NCBI GenBank assembly: GCA_039621445.1
Contig: CP154954.1
Coordinates: forward strand, 34,197,737 to 34,261,736
Direction of reading: 5' to 3'
Origin: Euglena gracilis
Lineage: Eukaryota
DNA: 64,000 nucleotides
The translations under genes and the position numbers were made by a program. Shown here one piece after another: positions 11,522-23,500 of this stretch. Position 1 is the first letter of the stretch; every line of letters begins with the position of its first letter. The notes under the pieces are model-generated. The model saw only the letters and a program-made list of their open reading frames with translations. It made no database searches and was not told the origin of the DNA.

Positions 11522-14500
11522 ACCGCCCGGGAGGTGCAAAATAGCACGTAAGTAACGGACGCCCCCAAAACGTCATTTTTCGGCCGTTTTCAGCCGAAAT
11601 CGGCTGCGCCGGCGCTCAAAAAACGAGCGCTCTGCCCCGGCTAGAGGTCCGGGATCCTTTACCTAACTGTTGCGAAGAGCGGCGGCAGATAGCTGCATTT
11701 TTGCCAGTTGCGGGCGTGCGTAAAACGCAGCCGTTACCGCCCGGGAGGCGCAAAATAGCACGTAAGTAACCGACGCCCCCCAGAAACGTCATTTTTCGGC
11801 CGTTTTCGGCCGAAATCGGCTGCTCCGGCGATCCAAAAACGAGCGCTCTGCCCCGGCTAGAGGTCCGCGATCCTTTACCTAACTGTTGCGAAGGGCGGCG
11901 GGCGGATAGCCGCAATTTTGCCCACGGCGGGCGTGCGTAAAACGCAGCCGTTACCGCCCGGGAGGCGCAAAATAGCACGTAAGTAACGGACGCCCCCAGA
12001 AACGTCATTTTTCGGCCGTTTTCGGCCGAAATCGGCTGCGCCGGCGCTCCAAAAACGAGCGCCCTGCCCCGGCTAGAGGTCCGCGATCCTTTACCTAACT
12101 GCTGCGAAGGGCGGCGGGCGGATAGCCGCAATTTTGCCCGCGGGGGGCGTGCGTAAAACGCAGCCGTTACCGCCCGGGAGGCGCAAAATAGCACGTAAGT
12201 AACGGACGCCCCCAGAAACGTCATTTTTCGGCCGTTTCGGCCGAAATCGGCTGCGCCGGCGCCCCAAAAACGAGCGCTCTGCCCCGGCTAGAGGTCGGCG
12301 ATCCTTTACCTAACTGTTGCAAAGAGCGGCGGGCGGATAGCCGCAATTTTGCTTGCGGGGGGCGTGCGTAAAACGCAGCCATTACCGCCCGGGAGGCGCA
12401 AAATAGCACGTAAGTAACGGACGCCCCCAGAAACGTCATTTTTCGGCCGTTTTGGCCGAAATCGGCTGCGCCGGCGCCCCAAAAACGAGCGCTCTGCCCC
12501 GGCTAGAGGTCGGCGATCCTTTACCTAACTGTTGCGAAGGGCGGCGGGCGGATATCCGCAATTTTGCCCGCGGCGGGCGTGCGTAAAACGCAGCCGTTAC
12601 CGCCCGGGAGGCGCAAAATAGCACGTAAGTAACGGACGCCCCCAGAAACGTCATTTTTCGGCCGTTTTCGGCCGAAATCGGCTGCGCCGGCGCTCCAAAA
12701 ACGAGCGCTCTGCCCCGGCTAGAGGTCGGCGATCCTTTACCTAACTGTTGCGAAGGGCGGCGGGCGGATAGCCGCAATTTTTCCCGCGGCGGGCGTGTGT
12801 AAAACGCAGCCGTTACCGCCCGGGAGGCGCAAAATAGCACGTAAGTAACGGACGTCCCCGGAGACGTCATTTTTCGGCCGTTTTCGGCCGAAATCGGCTG
12901 CGCCGGCGCTCCAAAAACGAGCGCTCTGCCCCGGCTAGAGGTCGGCGCTCCTTTACCTAACTGTTGCGAAGGGCGGCGGGCGAATAGCCGCAGTTTTGCC
13001 GGCGGCGGGCGTGCGTAAAACGCAGCCGTTACCGCCCGGGAGACCCAAAATAGCACGTAAGTAACGGACGCCCCCAGAAACGTCATTTTTCGGCCGTTTT
13101 CGGCCGAAATCGGCTGCGCCGGCGCTCCGAAAACGAGCGCTCTGCCCCGGCTAGAGGTCGGCGCTCCTTTACCTAACTGTTGCGAAGGGCGGCGGGCGGA
13201 TAGCCGCAATTTTGCCGCGGCGGGCGTGCGTAAAACGCAGCCGTTACCGCCCGGGAGGCGCAAAATAGCACGTAAGTAACGGACGCCCCCAGAAACGTCA
13301 TTTTTCGGCCGTTTTCGGCCGAAATCGGCTGCGCCGGCGCTCCAAAAACGAGCGCTCTGCCCCGGCTAGAGGTCGGCGCTCCTTTACCTAACTGTTGCGA
13401 AGGGCGGCGGGCGGATAGCCGCAATTTTGCCCGCGGCGGGCGTGCGTAAAACGCAGCCGTTACCGCCCGGGAGGCGCAAAATAGCACGTAAGTAACGGAC
13501 GCCCCCAGAAACGTCATTTTTCGGCCGTTTTCGGCCGAAATCGGCTGCGCCGGCGCTCCAAAAACGAGCGCTCTGCCCCGGCTAGAGGTCGGCGCTCCTT
13601 TACCTAACTGTTGCGAAGGGCGGCGGGCGGATAGCCGCAATTTTGCCCGCGGCGGGCGTGCGTAAAACGCAGCCGTTACCGCCCGGGAGGCGCAAAATAG
13701 CACGTAAGTAACGGACGCCCCCAGAAACGTCATTTTTCGGCCGTTTTCGGCCGAAATCGGCTGCGCCGGCGCTCCAAAAACGGGCACTCTGCGATGGCTA
13801 GAGGTCGGCGCTCCTTTACCTAACTGTTGCGAAGGGCGGCGGGCGGATAGCCGCAATTTTGCCCGCGGGGGGCGTGCGTAAAACGCAGCCGTAACCGCCC
13901 GGGAGGCGCAAAATAGCACGTAAGTAAGGACGCCCCCAGGAACGTCATTTTTCGGCCTTTTCGGCCGAAATCTCCTGCGCCGGCGCCCCAAAAACGAGCG
14001 CTCTGCCCCGGCTAGAGGTCGGCGATCCTTTACCTAACTGTTGCGAAGGGCGGCGGGCGGATAGCCGCAATTTTGCCCGCGGCGGGCGTGCGTAAAACGC
14101 AGCCGTTACCGCCCGGGAGGCGCAAAATAGCACGTAAGTAACGGACGCCCCCAGAAACGTCATTTTTCGGCCGTTTTCGGCCGAAATCGGCTGCGCTGGC
14201 GCTCCAAAAACGGGCGCTCTGCCCCGGCTAGAGGTCGGCGCTCATTTACCTAACTGTTGCGAAGGGCGGCGGGCGGATAGCCGCAATTTCGCCTGCGGCG
14301 GGCGTGTGTAAAAACGCAGCCGTTACCGCCCGGGAGGCGCAAAATAGCACGTTAGTAACGGACGCCCCCAGAAACGTCATTTTTCGGCCGTTTTCGGCCG
14401 AAATCGGCTGCGCCGGCGCTCCAAAAACGAGCGCTCTGCCCCGGCTAGAGGTCGGCGATCCTTTACCTAACTGTTGCGAAGGGCGGCGGGCGGATAGCCG

Positions 14501-17500
14501 CAGTTTTGCCCGCGGCGGGCGTGCGTAAAACGCAGCCGTTACCGCCCGGGAGGCGCAAAATAGCACGTAAGTAACGGACACCCCCAGAAACGTCATTTTT
14601 CGGCCGTTTTCGGCCGAAATCGGCTGCGCCGGCGCTCGAAAAACGGGAACTCTGCCCCGGCTAGAGGTCGGCGCTCCTTTACCTAACTGTTGCGAAGGGC
14701 GGCGGGCGGATAGCCGCAATTTTGCCCGCGGGGGGCGTGTGTAAAACGCAGCCGTTACCGCCCGGGAGGCCCAAAATAGCACGTAAGTAAGGGACGCCCC
14801 CAGAAACGTCATTTTTCGGCCGTTTTCGGCCGAAATCGGCTGCACCGCCGCTCCAAAAACGAGCGCTCTGCCCCGGCTAGAGGTCGGCGCTCCTTTACCT
14901 AACTGTTGCGAAGGGCGGCGGGCGGATAGCCGCAGTTTTGCCGGCGGCGGGCGTGCGTAAAACGCAGCCGTTACCGCCCGGGAGGCGCAAAATAGCACGT
15001 AAGTAACGGACGCCCCCAGAAACGTCATTTTTCGGCCGTTTTCGGCCGAAATCGGCTGCGCCGGCGCTCCAAAAACGAGCGCTCTGCCCCGGCTAGAGGT
15101 CGGCGCTCCTTTACCTAACTGTTGCGAAGGGCGGCGGGCGGATAGCCGCAATTTTGCCCGCGGCGGGCGTGCGTAAAACGCAGCCGTTACCGCCCGGGAG
15201 GCGCAAAATAGCACGTAAGTAACGGACGCCCCCAGAAACGTCATTTTTCGGCCGTTTTCGGCCGAAATCGGCTGCGCCGGCGCTCCAAAAACGGGCACTC
15301 TGCGATGGCTAGAGGTCGGCGCTCCTTTACCTAACTGTTGCGAAGGGCGGCGGGCGGATAGCCGCAATTTTGCCCGCGGCGGGCGTGCGTAAAACGCAGC
15401 CGTAACCGCCCGGGAGGCGCAAAATAGCACGTAAGTAAGGACGCCCCCAGAAACGTCATTTTTCGGCCGTTTCGGCCGAAATCGGCTGCGCCGGCGCCCC
15501 AAAAACGAGCGCTCTGCCCCGGCTAGAGGTCGGCGATCCTTTACCTAACTGTTGCGAAGGGCGGCGGGCGGATAGCCGCAATTTTGCCCGCGGCGGGCGT
15601 GCGTAAAACGCAGCCGTTACCGCCCGGGAGGCGCAAAATAGCACGTAAGTAACGGACGCCCCCAGAAACGTCATTTTTCGGCCGTTTTCGGCCGAAATCG
15701 GCTGCGCCGGCGCTCCAAAAACGAGCGCTCTGCCCCGGCTAGAGGTCGGCGCTCCTTTACCTAACTGTTGCGAAGGGCGGCGGGCGGATAGCCGCAATTT
15801 TGCCCGCGGCGGGCGTGCGTAAAACGCAGCCGTTACCGCCCGGGAGGCGCAAAATAGCACGTAAGTAACGGACGCCCCCAGAAACGTCATTTTTCGGCCG
15901 TTTTCGGCCGAAATCGGCTGCGCCGGCGCTCCAAAAACGAGCGCTCTGCCCCGGCTAGAGGTCGGCGATCCTTTACCTAACTGTTGCGAAGGGCGGCGGG
16001 CGGATAGCCGCAATTTTGCCCGCGGCGGGCGTGCGTAAAACGCAGCCGTTACCGCCCGGGAGGCGCAAATAGCACGTAAGTAACGGACGCCCCCAGAAAC
16101 GTCATTTTTCGGCCGTTTTCGGCCGAAATCGGCTGCGCCGGCGCTCGAAAAACGGGAACTCTGCCCCGGCTAGAGGTCGGCGCTCCTTTACCTAACTGTT
16201 GCGAAGGGCGGCGGGCGGATAGCCGCAATTTTGCCCGCGGGGGGCGTGTGTAAAACGCAGCCGTTACCGCCCGGGAGGCGCAAAATAGCACGTAAGTAAC
16301 GGACGCCCCCAGAAACGTCATTTTTCGGCCGTTTTCGGCCGAAATCGGCTGCGCCGGCGCTCCAAAAAGGAGCGCTCTGCCCCGGCTAGAGGTCGGCGAT
16401 CCTTTACCTAACTGTTGCGAAGAGCGGCGGGCGGATAGCCGCAATTTTGCCCGCGGCGGGCGTGCGTAAAACGCAGCCGTTACCGCCCGGGAGGCGCAAA
16501 ATAGCACGTAAGTAACGGACGCCCCCAGAAACGTCATTTTTCGGCCGTTTTCGGCCGAAATCGGCTGCGCTGGCGCTCCAAAAACGGGCGCTCTGCCCCG
16601 GGTAGAGGTCGGCGCTCCTTTACCTAACTGTTGCGAAGGGCGGCGGGCGGATAGCCGCAATTTTGCCCGCGGCGGGCGTGCGTAAAACGCAGCCGTTACC
16701 GCCCGGGAGGCGCAAAATAGCACGTAAGTAACGGACGCCCCCAGAAACGTCATTTTTCGGCCGTTTTCGGCCGAAATCGGCTGCGCCGGCGCTCCAAAAA
16801 CGAGCGCTCTGCCCCGGCTAGAGGTCGGCGCTCCTTTACCTAACTGTTGCGAAGGGCGGCGGGCGGATAGCCGCAATTTTGCCCGCGGCGGGCGTGCGTA
16901 AAACGCAGCCGTTACCGCCCGGGAGGCGCAAAATAGCACGTAAGTAACGGACGCCCCCAGAAACGTCATTTTTCGGCCGTTTTCGGCCGAAATCGGCTGC
17001 GCCGGCGCTCCAAAAACGAGCGCTCTGCCCCGGCTAGAGGTCGGCGTCCCTTTACCTAACTGTTGCGAAGGGCGGCAGGCGGATAGCCGCAATTTTGCCC
17101 GCGGCGGGCGTGCATTAAAACGCAGCTGTTACCGCCCGGGAGGCGTAAAATAGCACGTAAGTAACGGACGCCCCTAGAAACGTCATTTTTCGGCCGTTTT
17201 CGGCCGAAATCGGCTGCGCCTGCGCTCCAAAAACGAGCGCTCTGCCCCGGCTAGAGGTCGGCGCTCCTTTACCTAACTGTTGCGAAGGGCGGCGGGTGGA
17301 TAGCCGCAATTTTGCCCGCGGCGGGCGTGCGTAAAACGCAGCCGTTACCGCCCGGGAGGCGCAAAATAGCACGTAAGTAACGGACGCCCCCAGAAACGTC
17401 ATTTTTCGGCCGTTTTCGGCCGAAATCGGCTGCGCTGGCGCTCCAAAAACGGGCACTCTGCCCCGGCTAGAGGTCGGCGATCCTTTACCTAACTGTTGCG

Positions 17501-20500
17501 AAGGGCGGCGGGCGGATAGCCGCAATTTTGCCCGCGGCGGGCGTGCGTAAAACGCAGCCGTTACCGCCCGGGAGGCGCAAAATAGCACGTAAGTAACGGA
17601 CGCCCCCAGAAACGTCATTTTTCGGCCGTTTTCGGCCGAAATCGGCTGCGCCGGCGCTCCAAAAACGAGCGCTCTGCCCCGGCTAGAGGTCGGCGATCCT
17701 TTACCTAACTGTTGCGAAGGGCGGCGGGCGGATAGCCGCAATTTTGCCCGCGGCGGGCGTGCGTAAAACGCAGCCGTTACCGCCCGGGAGGCGCAAAATA
17801 GCACGTAAGTAACGGACGCCCCCAGAAACGTCATTTTTCGGCCGTTTTCGGCCGAAATCGGCTGCGCCGGCGCTCCAAAAACGAGCGCTCTGCCCCGGCT
17901 AGAGGTCGGCGATCCTTTACCTAACTGTTGCGAAGGGCGGCGGGCGGATAGCCGCAATTTTGCCCGCGGCGGGCGTGCGTAAAACGCAGCCGTTACCGCC
18001 CGGGAGGCGCAAAATAGCACGTAAGTAACGGACGCCCCCAGAAACGTCATTTTTCGGCCGTTTTCGGCCGAAATCGGCTGCGCCGGCGCTCCAAAAACGA
18101 GCGCTCTGCCCCGGCTAGAGGTCGGCGCTCCTTTACCTAACTGTTGCGAAGGGCGGCGGGCGGATAGCCGCAATTTTGCCCGCGGGGGGCGTGCGTAAAA
18201 CGCAGCCGTTACCGCCCGGGAGGCGCAAAATAGCACGTAAGTAACGGACGCCCCCAGAAACGTCATTTTTCGGCCGTTTTCGGCCGAAATCGGCTGCGCC
18301 GGCGCTCCAAAAACGAGCGCTCTGCCCCGGCTAGAGGTCGGCGATCCTTTTCCCTACTGTTGCGAAGGGCGGCGGGCGGATAGCCGCAATTTTGCCCGCG
18401 GCGGGCGTGCGTAAAACGCAGCCGTTACCGCCCGGGAGGCGCAAAATAGCACGTAAGTAACGGACGCCCCCAGAAACGTCATTTTTCGGCCGTTTTCGGC
18501 CGAAATCGGCTGCGCCGGCGCTCCAAAAACGAGCGCTCTGCCCCGGCTAGAGGTCGGCGATCCTTTACCTAACTGTTGCGAAGGGCGGCGGGCGGATAGC
18601 CGCAATTTTGCCCGCGGCGGGCGTGCGTAAAACGCAGCCGTTACCGCCCGGGAGGCGCAAAATAGCACGTAAGTAACGGACGCCCCCAGAAACGTCATTT
18701 TTCGGCCGTTTTCGGCCGAAATCGGCTGCGCCGGCGCTCCAAAAACGAGCGCTCTGCCCCGGCTAGAGGTCGGCGATCCTTTACCTAACTGTTGCGAAGG
18801 GCGGCGGGCGGATAGCCGCAATTTTGCCCGCGGCGGGCGTGCGTAAAACGCAGCCGTTACCGCCCGGGAGGCGCAAAATAGCACGTAAGTAACGGACGCC
18901 CCCAGAAACGTCATTTTTCGGCCGTTTTCGGCCGAAATCGGCTGCGCCGGCGCTCCAAAAACGAGCGCTCTGCCCCGGCTAGAGGTCGGCGATCCTTTAC
19001 CTAACTGTTGCGAAGGGCGGCGGGCGGATAGCCGCAATTTTGCCCGCGGCGGGCGTGCGTAAAACGCAGCCGTTACCGCCCGGGAGGCGCAAAATAGCAC
19101 GTAAGTAACGGACGCCCCCAGAAACGTCATTTTTCGGCCGTTTTCGGCCGAAATCGGCTGCGCCGGCGCTCCAAAAACGAGCGCTCTGCCCCGGCTAGAG
19201 GTCGGCGATCCTTTACCTAACTGTTGCGAAGGGCGGCGGGCGGATAGCCGCAATTTTGCCCGCGGCGGGCGTGCGTAAAACGCAGCCGTTACCGCCCGGG
19301 AGGCGCAAAATAGCACGTAAGTAACGGACGCCCCCAGAAACGTCATTTTTCGGCCGTTTTCGGCCGAAATCGGCTGCGCCGGCGCTCCAAAAACGAGCGC
19401 TCTGCCCCGGCTAGAGGTCGGCGATCCTTTACCTAACTGTTGCGAAGGGCGGCGGGCGGATAGCCGCAATTTTGCCCGCGGCGGGGCGTGCGTAAAACGC
19501 AGCCGTTACCGCCCGGGAGGCGCAAAATAGCACGTAAGTAACGGACGCCCCCAGAAACGTCATTTTTCGGCCGTTTTCGGCCGAAATCGGCTGCGCCGGC
19601 GCTCCAAAAACGAGCGCTCTGCCCCGGCTAGAGGTCGGCGATCCTTTACCTAACTGTTGCGAAGGGCGGCGGGCGGATAGCCGCAATTTTGCCCGCGGCG
19701 GGCGTGCGTAAAACGCAGCCGTTACCGCCCGGGAGGCGCAAAATAGCACGTAAGTAACGGACGCCCCCAGAAACGTCATTTTTCGGCCGTTTTCGGCCGA
19801 AATCGGCTGCGCCGGCGCTCCAAAAACGAGCGCTCTGCCCCGGCTAGAGGTCGGCGATCCTTTACCTAACTGTTGCGAAGGGCGGCGGGCGGATAGCCGC
19901 AATTTTGCCCGCGGGGGGCGTGCGTAAAACGCAGCCGTTACCGCCCGGGAGGCGCAAAATAGCACGTAAGTAACGGACGCCCCCAGAAACGTCATTTTTC
20001 GGCCGTTTTCGGCCGAAATCGGCTGCGCCGGCGCTCCAAAAACGAGCGCTCTGCCCCGGCTAGAGGTCGGCGATCCTTTACCTAACTGTTGCGAAGGGCG
20101 GCGGGCGGATAGCCGCAATTTTGCCCGCGGCGGGCGTGCGTAAAACGCAGCCGTTACCGCCCGGGAGGCGCAAAATAGCACGTAAGTAACGGACGCCCCC
20201 AGAAAAGTCATTTTTCGGCCGTTTTCGGCCGAAATCGGCTGCGCCGGCGCTCCAAAAACGGGCACTCTGCCCCGGCTAGAGGTCGGCGATCCTTTACCTA
20301 ACTGTTGCGAAGGGCGGCGGGCGGATAGCCGCAATTTTGCCCGCGGCGGGCGTGCGTAAAACGCAGCCGTTACCGCCCGGGAGGCGCAAAATAGCACGTA
20401 AGTAACGGACGCCCCCAGAAACGTCATTTTTCGGCCGTTTTCGGCCGAAATCGGCTGCGCCGGCGCTCCAAAAACGAGCGCTCTGCCCCGGCTAGAGGTC

Positions 20501-23500
20501 GGCGATCCTTTACCTAACTGTTGCGAAGGGCGGCGGGCGGATAGCCGCAATTTTGCCCGCGGGGGGCGTGCGTAAAACGCAGCCGTTACCGCCCGGGAGG
20601 CGCAAAATAGCACGTAAGTAACGGACGCCCCCAGAAACGTCATTTTTCGGCCGTTTTCGGCCGAAATCGGCTGCGCCGGCGCTCCAAAAACGAGCGCTCT
20701 GCCCCGGCTAGAGGTCGGCGATCCTTTACCTAACTGTTGCGAAGGGCGGCGGGCGGATAGCCGCAATTTTGCCCGCGGCGGGCGTGCGTAAAACGCAGCC
20801 GTTACCGCCCGGGAGGCGCAAAATAGCACGTAAGTAACGGACGCCCCAAGAAACGTCATTTTTCGGCCGTTTTCGGCCGAAATCGGCTGCGCCGGCGCTC
20901 CAAAAACGAGCGCTCTGCCCCGGCTAGAGGTCGGCGATCCTTTACCTAACTGTTGCGAAGGGCGGCGGGCGGATAGCCGCAATTTTGCCCGCGGCGGGCG
21001 TGCGTAAAACGCAGCCGTTACCGCCCGGGAGGCGCAAAATAGCACGTAAGTAACGGACGCCCCCATTTTTCGGCCGTTTTCGGCCGAAATCGGCTGCGCC
21101 GGCGCTCCAAAAACGAGCGCTCTGCCCCGGCTAGAGGTCGGCGATCCTTTACCTAACTGTTGCGAAGGGCGGCGGGCGGATAGCCGCAATTTTGCCCGCG
21201 GCGGGCGTGCGTAAAACGCAGCCGTTACCGCCCGGGAGGCGCAAAATAGCACGTAAGTAACGGACGCCCCCAGAAACGTCATTTTTCGGCCGTTTTCGGC
21301 CGAAATCGGCTGCGCCGGCGCTCCAAAAACGAGCGCTCTGCCCCGGCTAGAGGTCGGCGATCCTTTACCTAACTGTTGCGAAGGGCGGCGGGCGGATAGC
21401 CGCAATTTTGCCCGCGGCGCGTGCGTAAAACGCAGCCGTTACCGCCCGGGAGGCGCAAAATAGCACGTAAGTAACGGACGCCCCCAGAAACGTCATTTTT
21501 CGGCCGTTTTCGGCCGAAATCGGCTGCGCCGGCGCTCCAAAAACGAGCGCTCTGCCCCGGCTAGAGGTCGGCGATCCTTTACCTAACTGTTGCGAAGGGC
21601 GGCGGGCGGATAGCCGCAATTTTGCCCGCGGCGGGCGTGCGTAAAACGCAGCCGTTACCGCCCGGGAGGCGCAAAAATAGCACGTAAGTAACGGACGCCC
21701 CCAGAAACGTCATTTTTCGGCCGTTTTCGGCCGAAATCGGCTGCGCCGGCGCTCCAAAAACGAGCGCTCTGCCCCGGCTAGAGGTCGGCGATCCTTTACC
21801 TAACTGTTGCGAAGGGCGGCGGGCGGATAGCCGCAATTTTGCCCGCGGCGGGCGTGCGTAAAACGCAGCCGTTACCGCCCGGGAGGCGCAAAATAGCACG
21901 TAAGTAACGGACGCCCCCAGAAACGTCATTTTTCGGCCGTTTTCGGCCGAAATCGGCTGCGCCGGCGCTCCAAAAACGAGCGCTCTGCCCCGGCTAGAGG
22001 TCGGCGATCCTTTACCTAACTGTTGCGAAGGGCGGCGGGCGGATAGCCGCAATTTTCCCCAGGCGGGCGTGCGTAAAACGCAGCCGTTACCGCCCGGGAG
22101 GCGCAAAATAGCACGTAAGTAACGGACGCCCCCAGAAACGTCATTTTTCGGCCGTTTTCGGCCGAAATCGGCTGCGCCGGCGCTCCAAAAACGAGCGCTC
22201 TGCCCCGGCTAGAGGTCGGCGATCCTTTACCTAACTGTTGCGAAGGGCGGCGGGCGGATAGCCGCAATTTTGCCCGCGGGGGCGTGCGTAAAACGCAGCC
22301 GTTACCGCCCGGGAGGCGCAAAATAGCACGTAAGTAACGGACGCCCCCAGGAACGTCATTTTTCGGCCGTTTTCGGCCGAAATCGGCTGCGCCAAAAACG
22401 AGCGCTCTGCCCCGGCTAGAGGTCTGCGCTCCTTTACCTAACTGTTGCGAAGGGCAGCGGGCGGATAGCCGCAATTTTCCCCAGGCGGGCGTGCGTAAAA
22501 CGCAGCCGTTACCGCCCGGGAGGCGCAAAATAGCACGTAAGTAACGGACGCCCCCAGAAACGTCATTTTTCGGCCGTTTTCGGCCGAAATCGGCTGCGCC
22601 GGCGCTCCAAAAACGAGCGCTCTGCCCCGGCTAGAGGTCGGCGATCCTTTACCTAACCGTTGCGAAGGGCGGCGGGCGGATAGCCGCAATTTTGCCCGCG
22701 GGGGCGTGCGTAAAACGCAGCCGTAACCGCCCGGGAGGCGCAAAATAGCACGTAAGTAACGGACGCCCCCAGGAACGTCATTTTTCGGCCGTTTTCGGCC
22801 GAAATCGGCTGCGCCAAAAACGAGCGCTCTGCCCCGGCTAGAGGTCGGCGCTCCTTTACCTAACTGTTGCGAAGGGCAGCGGGCGGATAGCCGCAATTTT
22901 GCCCGCGGCGGGCGTGCGTAAAACGCAGCCGTTACCGCCCGGGAGGCGCAAAATAGCACGTAAGTAACGGACGCCCCCAGAAACGTCATTTTTCGGCCGT
23001 TTTCGGCCGAAATCGGCTGCGCCGGCGCTCCAAAAACGAGCGCTCTGCCCCGGCTAGAGGTCGGCGATCCTTTACCTAACTGTTGCGAAGGGCGGCGGGC
23101 GGATAGCCGCAATTTTGCCCGTGGCGGGCGTGCGTAAAACGCAGCCGTTACCGCCCGGGAGGCGCAAAATAGCACGTAAGTAACGGACGCCCCCAGAAAC
23201 GTCATTTTTCGGCCGTTTTCGGCCGAAATCGGCTGCGCCGGCGCTCCAAAAACGAGCGCTCTGCCCCGGCTAGAGGTCGGCGCTCCTTTACCTAACTGTT
23301 GCGAAGGGCGGCGGGCGGATAGCCGCAATTTTGCCCGCGGCGGGCGTGCGTAAAACGCAGCCGTTACCGCCCGGGAGGCGCAAAATAGCACGTAAGTAAC
23401 GGACGCCCCCCAGAAACGTCATTTTTCCGCCGTTTTCGGCCGAAATCGGCTGCGCCGGCGCTCCAAAGACGAGCGCTCTGCCGCGGCTAGAGGTCGGCGA

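Noticed and set aside
10351-11576. ORFs within the LTR element as functional genes
   Set aside because: Short, overlapping on both strands and crossing LTR boundaries; no RT, RNase H, protease or DDE motifs recognised.
268-23391. Long minus-strand ORFs (up to 727 aa) made of a 72-aa repeat
   Set aside because: 216 bp equals 72 codons, so one stop-free frame repeats automatically. ORFs are broken at random by 1-bp indels and show no sign of codon-level constraint.
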